Shown here: positions 10,261 to 19,587 of the stretch, piece after piece
Position numbering within the stretch: the first letter of the stretch is position 1
Layout: each line of letters begins with the position of its first letter
DNA from: an uncultured Clostridia bacterium
Lineage (GTDB): Bacteria; Bacillota; Clostridia; TANB77; CAG-508
DNA length: 44,845 nt
Assembly (NCBI GenBank): GCA_934154515.1
Contig: CAKPGD010000002.1
Coordinates: 1 to 44,845, forward strand
Reading direction: 5' to 3'
The notes under the pieces: generated by a model
The model's input: the letters and a program-made list of their open reading frames with translations, nothing else
Told to the model about the DNA's origin: nothing
Database searches by the model: none
Program-made: the position numbers and the translations under genes

Positions 10261-10978
10261 TATTACTAATATGTATATTATTTGCTTCTACTTGCATTTC
10301 TCTGGAAATGATATTTTGAATTTGTGCTATTTGATTTTGCTCTAGTGTATTGCTTTTTATTACAACACTTATGCTTTCTCCATTTATAAATATTACACAG
10401 TCTTCAATTTCTTTTGTTTTTATAAGATTTTCACATATCATTATTTTGTTTTTATTGTCATTTATGTTTTTTACTTCTGTTTGTGCTATCATTTTTTGGT
10501 CTGCTGCAATGTTTTCATTTTGTAATATTTTTTCGTAAGTTTCAAGCATTTGTGAATACATTGTATCTCTAGTTAATTTTGATGATGAAAAATATTCGTC
10601 TGTTGTTTTAGAATTTGTTGTTACTGTGTTGTTTTTTTCTTCGTTTGTAGCCTTTGTATTTTCATTTTCTTTTGTTTCATTTACTTTTTCTTCATCTTTT
10701 TTTGTTTCTTCATTAGTTGATATTCCACTTACTGTATAACTTTCTTCTTCATCGTTTGAGACTATGCTTTCTATGGTGTTGCTTTCTATTGCATTACTAC
10801 TTACAAGTCTTGCATCTCCTATTCCTGCATAATCTATTGAGTTTAGTTCTGAACTAGTTTGTATAGTATTTTCTTTATTTGTTGCAGTGTAATTTAAGTA
10901 TCCTGCAGATACTAACATAAGTGCTATTACAAAAATTATTATTTGATTTTTCTTTAAATTTTTCATTTTAAATTCCAT
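10256..10978 (-). CDS. spoIIIAH: stage III sporulation protein AH
   Basis: Last gene of the spoIIIA cluster. Single N-terminal TM segment (IIIFVIALMLVSAGYLNY), a low-complexity linker and a C-terminal YscJ/FliF-like region. The likely true start is the ATG at 10966 (MKNLKK), given RBS spacing. Confidence 0.8.
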   Translation of the reverse strand: MEFKMKNLKKNQIIIFVIALMLVSAGYLNYTATNKENTIQTSSELNSIDYAGIGDARLVSSNAIESNTIESIVSNDEEESYTVSGISTNEETKKDEEKVNETKENENTKATNEEKNNTVTTNSKTTDEYFSSSKLTRDTMYSQMLETYEKILQNENIAADQKMIAQTEVKNINDNKNKIMICENLIKTKEIEDCVIFINGESISVVIKSNTLEQNQIAQIQNIISREMQVEANNIHISNR

Positions 10979-11043
10979 TCCTTTCTTATTTTTACTATTC
11001 GTATCTATAATTTTTTATAGATAATTAACTTTTAGCTATCGTA

Positions 11044-11661
11044 TTATTTTTTCATTTCAAATACTTGAATTTTATGTGTAGCAAGACCAGTTGCCGCTTC
11101 TACAGCTTGAGTAATTTTAATTTTGACTTCACTATTATTAGCTCCACTTGCTAAAATAACAGCCCCTTCAATTTTAGGCATAATTGTACTTTGTGTTATA
11201 GGTACTTTTTTGCCATCTATTTCTTCATAAATGACTTCTTTTTTTGTAGAAGTCTGACTTATTTTTCTGTTTCCTCCACCAGAATCTTTTTCTTCTGTAT
11301 CACTTGTTGTGCTATCCTCATTATACATATAATTTTTTTCACTGCTTTGTGCATATGTTATTAAAACTTTAACATTTCCTACTCCTTCTATTTTCGATAA
11401 TATCTCTGATAGTCTTTGTTCTAAATCATATTCTGTACTGCTTGTTTCTATAACCTTTTCTCCTGTTTGTGCTAAAGTTTTTCCTATGCTATTAGTTTGT
11501 TTTGTTTTTTCTTTATTATCATCTTTTAATATCATATTTATTACTATTATTGTTATTATTAAAATTACTATAAATACAACTATATTTTCTATCTTCTTTT
11601 TATTGTTTCCGTCTTCATTCTTAAAAATATTTTTAAACTTATCTATCTGTTCTTTTAACAT
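11044..11661 (-). CDS. spoIIIAG: stage III sporulation protein AG
   Basis: Operon position. N-terminal TM segment, and a C-terminal region ...VEGVGNVKVLITY...PKIEGAVILASGA typical of SpoIIIAG. Confidence 0.8.
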   Translation of the reverse strand: MLKEQIDKFKNIFKNEDGNNKKKIENIVVFIVILIITIIVINMILKDDNKEKTKQTNSIGKTLAQTGEKVIETSSTEYDLEQRLSEILSKIEGVGNVKVLITYAQSSEKNYMYNEDSTTSDTEEKDSGGGNRKISQTSTKKEVIYEEIDGKKVPITQSTIMPKIEGAVILASGANNSEVKIKITQAVEAATGLATHKIQVFEMKK

Positions 11662-11717
11662 ATTTTTGCCTCTCTTTCATAAAATTTTTTAAAGTTTATT
11701 TTTATGCATTATAATTT

Positions 11718-12350
11718 CTAATTTACTTTTATGTTTTTTTCATCTATTTCATATGTAGAACCTATATATGTTTTTATTTCTTTTATCTCGTTTTCTGTTA
11801 ATGCTTTATATTCTTTTTTAGTTTCGTTTTGCTTATTTTCATTATTATTAATATTGACTTCAATATTTACTCGTTCTATTTCATTTACTGCATTACTTTT
11901 ATCTTGAATTTCTTCTTTTTCTTTATTTTCTTTCTTATGTGCTACAATTTCTATATTTTTTATAGAGTACTCACTATCGTCATTAACATTTACATATACA
12001 CTGTTTACAATATATCCTTTTGCTTCTATTTTTGCTTTTATATCTTTTTTTAGGTTTAATATATATATTTCTTTAATATTAGCTTCATTATTATTATCCA
12101 CTTTTTTTGAGTCTATTTGATATCTTTCAATTTCTTGTTCATATTTACTTATATTTGTTATAGATTCTATTGTAAATTCACTTCCTGTTACTTTGCTTAT
12201 AATAGGTGAGACTATATTGAAAATTACATATACACCAATTACTATTTTTATATATTTTTTACTATTACCATTTGGAAGTATCATTTCTATAACTGTTGCA
12301 ACTACCACAGCAACAATTATTCCTTCCACCCAACTATTTATAAAGTTCAT
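11718..12350 (-). CDS. spoIIIAF: stage III sporulation protein AF
   Basis: MNFINSWVEGIIVAVVVATVIEMILPNGNSKKYIKIVIGVYVIF matches the SpoIIIAF N-terminal pattern. Operon position fits. Confidence 0.85.
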   Translation of the reverse strand: MNFINSWVEGIIVAVVVATVIEMILPNGNSKKYIKIVIGVYVIFNIVSPIISKVTGSEFTIESITNISKYEQEIERYQIDSKKVDNNNEANIKEIYILNLKKDIKAKIEAKGYIVNSVYVNVNDDSEYSIKNIEIVAHKKENKEKEEIQDKSNAVNEIERVNIEVNINNNENKQNETKKEYKALTENEIKEIKTYIGSTYEIDEKNIKVN

Positions 12351-12368
12351 TTTTCCTCCACTAAAATA

Positions 12369-13544
12369 TTATCTATACATTAAACCACTATTTGAAATTT
12401 TAATTACTAAGGTTGTCCCAATTATAATCATTACAGACATACTACATAGTATTGCAAGTAGTATTTTGAATGTATCTCCCATTTGTGAAAGTAGATCTAT
12501 TATTTTTTTGTCTGCAATTGGTTGGCATACTGCTGAACCTATATAATATGTTGTCATTAATAATACTAGTTTTATAATTGGCAATATACAAATTCCTATT
12601 ACAACTATTACTCCAACTATTCCAACTGCATTTTTTAGTATTGTAGTGCATCCTATTACTGTATCTACTGCATCTCCCAATATTTTACCTACAACTGGTA
12701 TGAAACTAGACACCGCTGCCTTAGTTGTTTTTGCAGTAATTCCATCTACTGTACTGCTTAAACTTCCTTCTAGTGAAACTAGTCCTACAAATAGTGTTAA
12801 TACTACTCCTAAAATCCATACTACGCTACTTTTAAAGAATTTTGATAAATTGTCTAATTGTATTCTATCTGATATTTTTGATACTATCGAAAGTGCTGTT
12901 GATACAAGCGTAAGTGGTATTATAACAGTGTTTATGAAGTTTCCTATAAAAGTTATTATGAATAATAAAACTGGCTGTAAAATGTTTACGCTTACAATAC
13001 TTCCAGTAGATAATATAAGTGTCATAAGTAGTGGTATTAATGAGTTAGAAAATCCTACTAAATTATTTACTGAGTCTTTTACCATTGTTATTACATTAGA
13101 AAAATTAGACATAACAAGTGTTACTATTAATATGTATTGTACGTAGTACGTAATTTGGGCAATTCCTTTATTTTCTAAACCTTCACTTATGCTTTTTAAT
13201 ACGCTATGTATTATAATTATTACAATTATACTTACTATTACTTTTATTGATACTATTGTTTCTTTTCCTAATAAATTCAGTATGCTTTTTCCTAGTAATT
13301 TATTGTCTATATTTCCACTAATTGCTGAATTTAGTAAGTCTCCTATGTTTAATTCTTTAAATGTATTTGATGTATATTTTTGTGCTTCTTCTATAAATTT
13401 GGATATGTTTAAACTGTCTTTTTGAGAAGAAATTATTTCATCTTGAGACATTGTAGAATTTTCACTACTTGCTATTGTTTCATTTGTAAAACTTACTAGA
13501 AATATTATTGTTGCTATTATTACAAGTAGTTTTTTCATTTGCAT
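12369..13544 (-). CDS. spoIIIAE: stage III sporulation protein AE
   Basis: 391 aa with a signal peptide followed by a multi-pass permease-like region. Operon position between AD and AF. Confidence 0.85.
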   Translation of the reverse strand: MQMKKLLVIIATIIFLVSFTNETIASSENSTMSQDEIISSQKDSLNISKFIEEAQKYTSNTFKELNIGDLLNSAISGNIDNKLLGKSILNLLGKETIVSIKVIVSIIVIIIIHSVLKSISEGLENKGIAQITYYVQYILIVTLVMSNFSNVITMVKDSVNNLVGFSNSLIPLLMTLILSTGSIVSVNILQPVLLFIITFIGNFINTVIIPLTLVSTALSIVSKISDRIQLDNLSKFFKSSVVWILGVVLTLFVGLVSLEGSLSSTVDGITAKTTKAAVSSFIPVVGKILGDAVDTVIGCTTILKNAVGIVGVIVVIGICILPIIKLVLLMTTYYIGSAVCQPIADKKIIDLLSQMGDTFKILLAILCSMSVMIIIGTTLVIKISNSGLMYR

Positions 13545-13560
13545 ATCCTCCTTGGTAACT

Positions 13561-13948
13561 CTAAGGTAAAATTTTTAAAACCGTTTCTAAAAGTCCTGAT
13601 ATTATTGGAATTGACATTGATATTATTATTACTTTTCCTCCCATATCCATTTTATTTGCTATTGCTGTTTCTCCAGAATCTTTACATATACTTACTGCAA
13701 ATTCTGTTAAAAATGCTATTCCTGTTATTTTTATTAGCAATGTTAAAAATTGATTATTTATAGAAGTTTTATTTGCTAAATTACTTAGAAGTTCTACTAT
13801 TCCAGATATTTTACTTAATATAAGTCCTAATATTAATGCTCCTGCAATTATTGAAACATATATTACGAATTCTGGCTTATATTGTTTAAGTATTATTATA
13901 ATTATAAGGGCTACAAGTCCAATTCCGAATTATTTTTACTATATCCAT
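13561..13948 (-). pseudogene. spoIIIAD: stage III sporulation protein AD, reading frame broken by one extra nucleotide after codon 7
   Basis: No ORF in the track at this position. My minus-strand translation reads ATG GAT ATA GTA AAA ATA ATT CGG AAT TGG... and stops after 20 codons. Skipping the C at 13927 (minus-strand C) gives MDIVKIIGIGLVALIIIIILKQYKPEFVIYVSIIAGALILGLILSKISGIVELLSNLANKTSINNQFLTLLIKITGIAFLTEFAVSICKDSGETAIANKMDMGGKVIIISMSIPIISGLLETVLKILP*. That is a full-length SpoIIIAD-like protein. The span is 388 nt, which is 3n+1. Confidence 0.85.
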
Positions 13949-13979
13949 ATGTATTTTCTCCAAAATATCTTGTTTACTG

Positions 13980-14174
13980 TTAAAGTCCAAATATAGTTCT
14001 AACAGTATCAAATAAAGTGCTTATTTCTTTTATTACCATTGTAAGAACAATTACTAAACCTGCAAGTGTTGTCATCATTGCTTGGTCTTCTCTTCCTGCT
14101 CTTACTAATACTTGGTGTAACACTGCAACCAATATTCCTATTGCTGCAATTTTAAATAATAAATTTATATCCAC
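13980..14174 (-). CDS. spoIIIAC: stage III sporulation protein AC
   Basis: 64 aa, MDINLLFKIAAIGILVAVLHQVLVRAGREDQAMMTTLAGLVIVL, the classic SpoIIIAC sequence. Confidence 0.9.
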   Translation of the reverse strand: MDINLLFKIAAIGILVAVLHQVLVRAGREDQAMMTTLAGLVIVLTMVIKEISTLFDTVRTIFGL

Positions 14175-14202
14175 TACTTTATTTCCTCCTACACTAAATC
14201 TT

Positions 14203-14712
14203 TTAAATAAGTATAATAACTATGGCAAGTCCAACTGTAATTCCTAATGTTTTATAAATTTTTGAATATTTAGTTTTTTCTTCTTCTGCTTTTTCTATTT
14301 GAGTATTTAAAAAGCTATCTACTAATTCTACTTCACTTATTTGACCTTCCATATCTACTTTTCCTAATAAACTAGAAAGTCCTTTTAATATTTCTATGTC
14401 TTCTTTTGTCATATTTGTATTTACCTTGTCTAATGCATCATTCCATGCATCTCCTGCATTTAGATTTTCCATATTTTTAGACGCGATTTCAAAAATTTCT
14501 CCAATACCATATTTCACTTTTTTAGATATTTCACTATATATCTGTGGAATTGGCTCATATGTAAACTTTACTTTTGTACTAAATATATTTAATGCATTTT
14601 TCATTTCTTTTAATTGTTTTTCTCTTGAGATGTATTTCTTAGATATTAAAACACCTATATATGTACAACTTGATAATATTAATATTAATGTTAAAAATTT
14701 GATAATTTGCAT
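14203..14712 (-). CDS. spoIIIAB: stage III sporulation protein AB
   Basis: 169 aa with N- and C-terminal TM segments. Operon position after spoIIIAA. Confidence 0.8.
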   Translation of the reverse strand: MQIIKFLTLILILSSCTYIGVLISKKYISREKQLKEMKNALNIFSTKVKFTYEPIPQIYSEISKKVKYGIGEIFEIASKNMENLNAGDAWNDALDKVNTNMTKEDIEILKGLSSLLGKVDMEGQISEVELVDSFLNTQIEKAEEEKTKYSKIYKTLGITVGLAIVIILI

Positions 14713-14779
14713 AATACTTGTCCTTATTTTTTATTTATATAATAATTATATGCTTGTACTTTTCTATTTAGAACTAAAT

Positions 14780-15736
14780 TTATTCTTCTAATTTTAATTG
14801 ATAATAATGCCTTTCTTCTTTATTTAATGCATATACTTTTTCTATTCCACATTTTTCTTTTTTGTCACTTAAAAATATAATTCTCTCAAATGTAAAATTA
14901 TCTATTAAGTCTTTAAGTGCCGGATTTAATTTTATATCTTCTATTGATGATGCGTGTGCTGTAAATATTCCTTTTATTCCTGAGCAGACTCCATATCTTA
15001 TAGCATCCACATCTTCTCTTTTTCCTATTTCATCTGCTACAATTACTTTTGGCGACATTGAACGTATAAGCATTGTCATTCCAATGGACTTAGAAACTCC
15101 ATCTAACACATCTGTTCTTTGACCTATGTCGTTTTGTGGAACACCTCTATACATTGCTGCAATTTCTCCTCTTTCGTCTACTACTCCTACATTTATTCCT
15201 TTAAAATTAATATTCTCTATTCCGTTGCTAATTCTTCTTACTAAATCTCTTACTATTGTTGTTTTTCCTACTCCTGGTGGTGAAGCTATAAGAGTTGTAT
15301 ATATTGTATTTTCATTTTTATTTAATATGTATTTAATTATTTTGTCGCTTGCTCCTAGTACTTGCTTTGCTATTCTAAAGTTTAAACTTGATATGTATGA
15401 TATATTTATTATCTTTCCGTCTTTTATTACTACATTTCCAGAAATACCTACTCTATGCCCACCTTTTAAAGTTATGTATCCATTACATATTTGATTTTGA
15501 TAACTGTAAATTGAATTATCACATAGTTGTCCTAATATTTCTAATATCTCTTCTGTCTTTACTATATATTCAATTATAATTTCTTCTTTTCCTAATTTTA
15601 GTATTATTGGCCTATTTACTCTTATTCGTATTTCTTCTAAATAGTTTAAGCCTATATTGTTTATGGTGAAATATTCATCTATTTTTCTTACTATTCCATT
15701 AGGAAAACATCTTAATATATTATTTATTTGTATCAT
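14780..15736 (-). CDS. spoIIIAA: stage III sporulation protein AA (secretion-type ATPase)
   Basis: Walker A motif ASPPGVGKTT, Walker B-like VIVADEIG. First gene of the operon. Confidence 0.9.
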   Translation of the reverse strand: MIQINNILRCFPNGIVRKIDEYFTINNIGLNYLEEIRIRVNRPIILKLGKEEIIIEYIVKTEEILEILGQLCDNSIYSYQNQICNGYITLKGGHRVGISGNVVIKDGKIINISYISSLNFRIAKQVLGASDKIIKYILNKNENTIYTTLIASPPGVGKTTIVRDLVRRISNGIENINFKGINVGVVDERGEIAAMYRGVPQNDIGQRTDVLDGVSKSIGMTMLIRSMSPKVIVADEIGKREDVDAIRYGVCSGIKGIFTAHASSIEDIKLNPALKDLIDNFTFERIIFLSDKKEKCGIEKVYALNKEERHYYQLKLEE

Positions 15737-15775
15737 AATATTAATATTATATGTACAGGCCCTAGGTTTTAGAAC

Positions 15776-15816
15776 ATAAAAATAGGAGAAATTTGTATTT
15801 ATAAATTTCTCCTATT
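15776..15816 (-). terminator. terminator after the hypothetical gene 15864..16283
   Basis: Perfect 14-bp stem AATAGGAGAAATTT/AAATTTCTCCTATT followed by a T-run on the minus strand. Confidence 0.7.
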
Positions 15817-15863
15817 TTTATTATCCCATATTCATTTTTTAAATTTAAGTTATGATAACTCAT

Positions 15864-16283
15864 TCATGCCACTGCAACAACTATTACAGCAATAATTGCT
15901 GCGATTATTACTACAAATACTGTAAGCTCTCCAGCAATAATACCTGTTGCTGCTTTTTCAGTTAATGCAGTGTCTATAACTTCAAACTTTCTTTTTTGAT
16001 TCATTTTGACACTTAAATACTTGTCTTCAACTTTTAAGTAACAAAATTTGTCTTTGTGAGTTTGAAGTGTACATGTGTAATCAAGTAACTCTTGTGGTAA
16101 TTTATCATTGTCTACAGCATTTTTTAGCAAATTTTTAAGCTGCCGTATATGCCTTTGACTTGCTTTTCCAATTGGCATATCCTTAGCAAGGTATTTTCGC
16201 TTTTTTACCATTGCTCGTGCTGGTATAAGCATAATAGCATAAAACACAATTAATGATACTACTAATAATATAATTATTTTCAT
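15864..16283 (-). CDS. hypothetical small membrane protein (N-terminal TM segment plus C-terminal hydrophobic tail)
   Basis: The ORF track extends to 16307 using a GTG start. The ATG at 16283 (MKIIILLVV) has an AAAGGAAAAA RBS. No family recognised. Visibly GC-richer than its neighbours and contains an in-frame CGG. Confidence 0.55.
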   Translation of the reverse strand: MKIIILLVVSLIVFYAIMLIPARAMVKKRKYLAKDMPIGKASQRHIRQLKNLLKNAVDNDKLPQELLDYTCTLQTHKDKFCYLKVEDKYLSVKMNQKRKFEVIDTALTEKAATGIIAGELTVFVVIIAAIIAVIVVAVA

Positions 16284-16483
16284 TTTTTCCTTTCTAGTGC
16301 AATGCACTTTGAAACATTTTTTACATGTGACTTTTTTAATTATAGCATTTCAGTAACATTATGTCAAATCAATTTTAAATTTTAATTAGTACAAGTTTAA
16401 CTAGTAATTTAATTAATATTTAAATTACTAGTTTAATCAATAGTTTAATTAATAATTTACTTAAGGATTAAACTTCTTCTTCT

Positions 16484-16521
16484 CAAAAAAACAAATCACA
16501 ACTTTTTTGGCTGTGATTTGC
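16484..16521 (-). terminator. terminator after yebC
   Basis: CAAATCACA-N11-TGTGATTTG followed by TTTTTTT on the minus strand. Confidence 0.75.
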
Positions 16522-16532
16522 ATTTTATCTTT

Positions 16533-17258
16533 TTATTCTTCCCAATTATGATATACTTCTGATACATCATCTAAATCGTCTAACATATCTAATAATCTTT
16601 CCATTCTAGCAGCTCCTGCTTCATCTAAAGCAACATATGTAGATGGAACCATTTGTACTCCTGCTTCTAAGAATTCTAGTCCTTCTGCTTCTAATTTTTC
16701 TCTAACTTCTGAGAAATTACTTGGATCTGTTGTTATCTCATAAACTTCTTCCTCTGCTGAGAAGTCTTCTGCTCCTGCTTCTATTGCAAGCATCATTAGA
16801 CTATCTTCATCTAATGGGCAATTTGATTTATCTATAACTATTACACCTTTTTTAGCAAATAGGTATGATACACATCCACTAGTTCCTAAGTTTCCACCAC
16901 ATTTATCAAATGCATGTCTTACATCGGCAGCTGTTCTATTTTTGTTATCTGTTGCTGCTTCTACTATAACTGCTATTCCATTTGGTCCGTATCCTTCATA
17001 TGTCATTTCTTCATAGTTTTCTGCATTACCAGCTCCTGCTGCTTTTTTTATTGCATTATTTATTGTATCATTTGGCATATTTGCTGCTTTACATTTAGCT
17101 ATAACGTCTTTTAATTTTGAGTTTCCTGCTGGGTCAGCTCCTCCTTGTTTTACTGCCATTAATAATTCTCTACCTAATTTTGTAAATACTTTTCCTCTTG
17201 CTGCATCTGCTTTACCTTTCTTTGCTTGTATGTTGTGCCATTTGCTATGTCCTGACAT
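16533..17258 (-). CDS. yebC: YebC/PmpR family DNA-binding transcriptional regulator
   Basis: [31 protein letters not shown]..., the hallmark YebC N-terminus. 241 aa. Confidence 0.95.
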   Translation of the reverse strand: MSGHSKWHNIQAKKGKADAARGKVFTKLGRELLMAVKQGGADPAGNSKLKDVIAKCKAANMPNDTINNAIKKAAGAGNAENYEEMTYEGYGPNGIAVIVEAATDNKNRTAADVRHAFDKCGGNLGTSGCVSYLFAKKGVIVIDKSNCPLDEDSLMMLAIEAGAEDFSAEEEVYEITTDPSNFSEVREKLEAEGLEFLEAGVQMVPSTYVALDEAGAARMERLLDMLDDLDDVSEVYHNWEE

Positions 17259-17637
17259 ATTAATTCCTCCTTCATTTTTTTATATTTATTCAAAATATTT
17301 TTATTTTTAACTTGTTTTTTATTGTAACATATATTTTTTTATTTGTGTAGTGTTTTTTATAAATTACTTTTATTATCATTATATTTTGAAATCGATATTC
17401 TTTCTAATAGTCTTTCTAGCATATATGTTTGTAAAACTGATTGTGCTGCTACATTATTTTATTTAGCCATGTTATTTATTGCAGCTTTAAAACTTATTGT
17501 ATTTCTTTTCAGTTATAACACCTTTATCCATTAAAAATTACCCTCTTTTTTGACAATCATACTCATATTATATATTAAATCGGTATAATTGTCGAATTTT
17601 ATAGCTAAATAAAATATCATAATTTTCTCTCATTTAT

Positions 17638-17666
17638 TTGATATTGGCTCTAAAATATGTTATAAT
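17638..17666 (+). promoter_or_regulatory. candidate sigma-A promoter for the plus-strand membrane gene
   Basis: TTGATA-N17-TATAAT with an extended -10 (TGTTATAAT), about 70 nt upstream of the start codon. Confidence 0.45.
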
Positions 17667-17738
17667 CCTATTATAGTAACTAATTAACATTTAGCATGCA
17701 ATCAGGTGCTAAGAATTATTAACAAAGGAGATATGGTT

Positions 17739-18368
17739 ATGGCAATTTTTCTTTTGGTATTCGCACTCGCTCTTAATTTTATTATTTCATGGGCAAATGC
17801 AAACTATGTTGGTCGGTATTGGTCAGAGTCTAAAGAAGTAGGCGGTAGCTTTAGAGTCTATATTGTAGTAGGTTACATTATGGCAATAGCCGGATTTACT
17901 ATGGTATATGGTTATATTTTACTACTTATTTCTCCACTCTTTTTACAAATGGCAAAAGTAGATCAAGAAACGATTTTGATGTTTGAACAACTTGCATCAG
18001 ATTTGATTTATCTTTTCTGTGTTATAACTATGATTCCAACTGGTTTTTACATTTGGATTCGTAGTTTAAAAAACTTTTGGGAAAAGAAAACTTTGGCTAA
18101 TGGTTTAACTGCTGGTTGGAACTCATATGCTCAAATTCATAATACTATTAGTGTAGCGCGAAATGCACCAAGTGCTTTAGGTAGAGTTGTAGAAGCTCTC
18201 TTTGGTGGTAAAGGTAAGAAAAAAGACAATACCGTAATTGTGTTATGTGCAATTTTTGTATTAATTCTTGCTATATTTGGTGGATATTTCACAGCATCTG
18301 CAATTATGAAAAAAGCCGATCGTGAGTATGATATGTTTGCTGATCTCAAAAAAAGAAATCTAAACTAG
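17739..18368 (+). CDS. hypothetical multi-pass membrane protein
   Basis: The ORF track starts at 17706. The ATG at 17739 lies 8 nt after AAAGGAG. About 5 predicted TM segments. No family recognised. One of only three plus-strand genes. GC-richer, with an in-frame CGG (YVGRYW). Confidence 0.6.
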   Translation: MAIFLLVFALALNFIISWANANYVGRYWSESKEVGGSFRVYIVVGYIMAIAGFTMVYGYILLLISPLFLQMAKVDQETILMFEQLASDLIYLFCVITMIPTGFYIWIRSLKNFWEKKTLANGLTAGWNSYAQIHNTISVARNAPSALGRVVEALFGGKGKKKDNTVIVLCAIFVLILAIFGGYFTASAIMKKADREYDMFADLKKRNLN

Positions 18369-18395
18369 TATTAGCATCAAATTATCTCAAAACTT

Positions 18396-18434
18396 AAAAA
18401 AGACTTTAAGAGAAAATCTCTTAAAGTCTTTTTA
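18396..18434. terminator. bidirectional terminator between convergent genes
   Basis: AGACTTTAAGAG-AAAA-CTCTTAAAGTCT flanked by an A-run and a T-run. Confidence 0.75.
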
Positions 18435-18489
18435 TGTTCATGTTTTTAGCTCCTTCACACGTTGCTTGATATATTCCATATCGTTCTTT

Positions 18490-19578
18490 CTATTTCAGCG
18501 CAGTACTATTATTTATTACCAAGGTACTGTACATAAATAACACATCTTGATTATTAAACTCTATATATTCGCCTAAAATTTTAGGTGATATATATCTTGT
18601 GTCTACGACTGTAATCTTGCTATATGCTTCTACTAATAGTGGTATTAAACTGCTTCCATATGAATCTCTAAATACAATTAACTCTTTTTTGTTATCTTTT
18701 TGTAGATTTTCTATTGTTAGCAGTGGTGTAGCACCTGATAAATATATATCATATTTGTCTAAAGAGTTTTTCTTTTCCATATCATATACTTTTGTCTGCT
18801 TTTTGCTTTCGTAATTATATACTGTACAATTTTCTAATGTTTTATTAGTTAGTATATACATCGGTTCGTTTTGTGTTTTTATTGGCACCTGACTTGCATA
18901 TACTCCTTTAAAATCTGCCACTTTTATTTTTTCGTATTGCGTACTTACATTTATATTCATCTTACTTGCAATTTCATTTGCTACTTTAGGTAAATTTTCT
19001 TGTTTCCAATGAGTATCTGTTTTATAGTAGTCTGATAATTCTAGTAAATCAAATATTTTTATATATTGAATATTGCTTAAATTTTGTTGCATTATACTTT
19101 CTAGTTTATTATAGTCTATTTTTAAATTATCTTTATTTACAAAGTAATTTTTATCTGGAACTATTGTATAATATATATTGTTTTTTTCGTTTAGATATAA
19201 GTCTTTTATTTGATTTATCTTATTTGTAACATTTATTACTGATTTTTCATTTAATTTATATGTTTGTTCTATTAGATATTCCTCGTACTTGTATATATTA
19301 TTATAGTTTTGTTTTTTTAATATATTAAATTCAACTCCAACTTTTAATTTTCTAAATTCATCTCTTTGTATAAATTGGTCCATTGAATATTTATCAAATT
19401 TCTCAAAAAAACTACCATCAAATAGTTTAGAAATTGAAAATTCAGGAAAATGTGCTAGCTTTCTTCTTTCTGCTATAGAAATATCTGTATCTTTTTTTAA
19501 AATATTTATAATAAATACGGTTGTAATTATAAACACAAACACTATAGTAACTACAACATTTTTTACTTTTTCTGTCAT
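18490..19578 (-). CDS. AlgJ/AlgX/DHHW-like protein (extracytoplasmic partner of the MBOAT O-acyltransferase)
   Basis: N-terminal TM anchor. YYKTDTHW motif (DxHW type). Starts 10 nt after the MBOAT gene. Confidence 0.7.
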   Translation of the reverse strand: MTEKVKNVVVTIVFVFIITTVFIINILKKDTDISIAERRKLAHFPEFSISKLFDGSFFEKFDKYSMDQFIQRDEFRKLKVGVEFNILKKQNYNNIYKYEEYLIEQTYKLNEKSVINVTNKINQIKDLYLNEKNNIYYTIVPDKNYFVNKDNLKIDYNKLESIMQQNLSNIQYIKIFDLLELSDYYKTDTHWKQENLPKVANEIASKMNINVSTQYEKIKVADFKGVYASQVPIKTQNEPMYILTNKTLENCTVYNYESKKQTKVYDMEKKNSLDKYDIYLSGATPLLTIENLQKDNKKELIVFRDSYGSSLIPLLVEAYSKITVVDTRYISPKILGEYIEFNNQDVLFMYSTLVINNSTALK

Positions 19579-19587
19579 ACCTTCCTC

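Noticed and set aside
15737-15775. A sigma-E-type promoter for spoIIIAA (a CATATAAT-like -10 close to the start).
   Set aside because: The element is only about 12 nt from the annotated ATG and I could not find a convincing -35. The true start codon or promoter probably differs, so I did not call it.
16397-16450. A 14-bp perfect inverted repeat, AACTAGTAATTTAA-N7-TTAAATTACTAGTT, plus repeated TAGTTTAAT motifs upstream of ORF 15864..16283.
   Set aside because: AT-only palindromes of this size arise readily in DNA this AT-rich. There is no associated regulator gene and no second copy in the window. It could be an operator, but I cannot support that.
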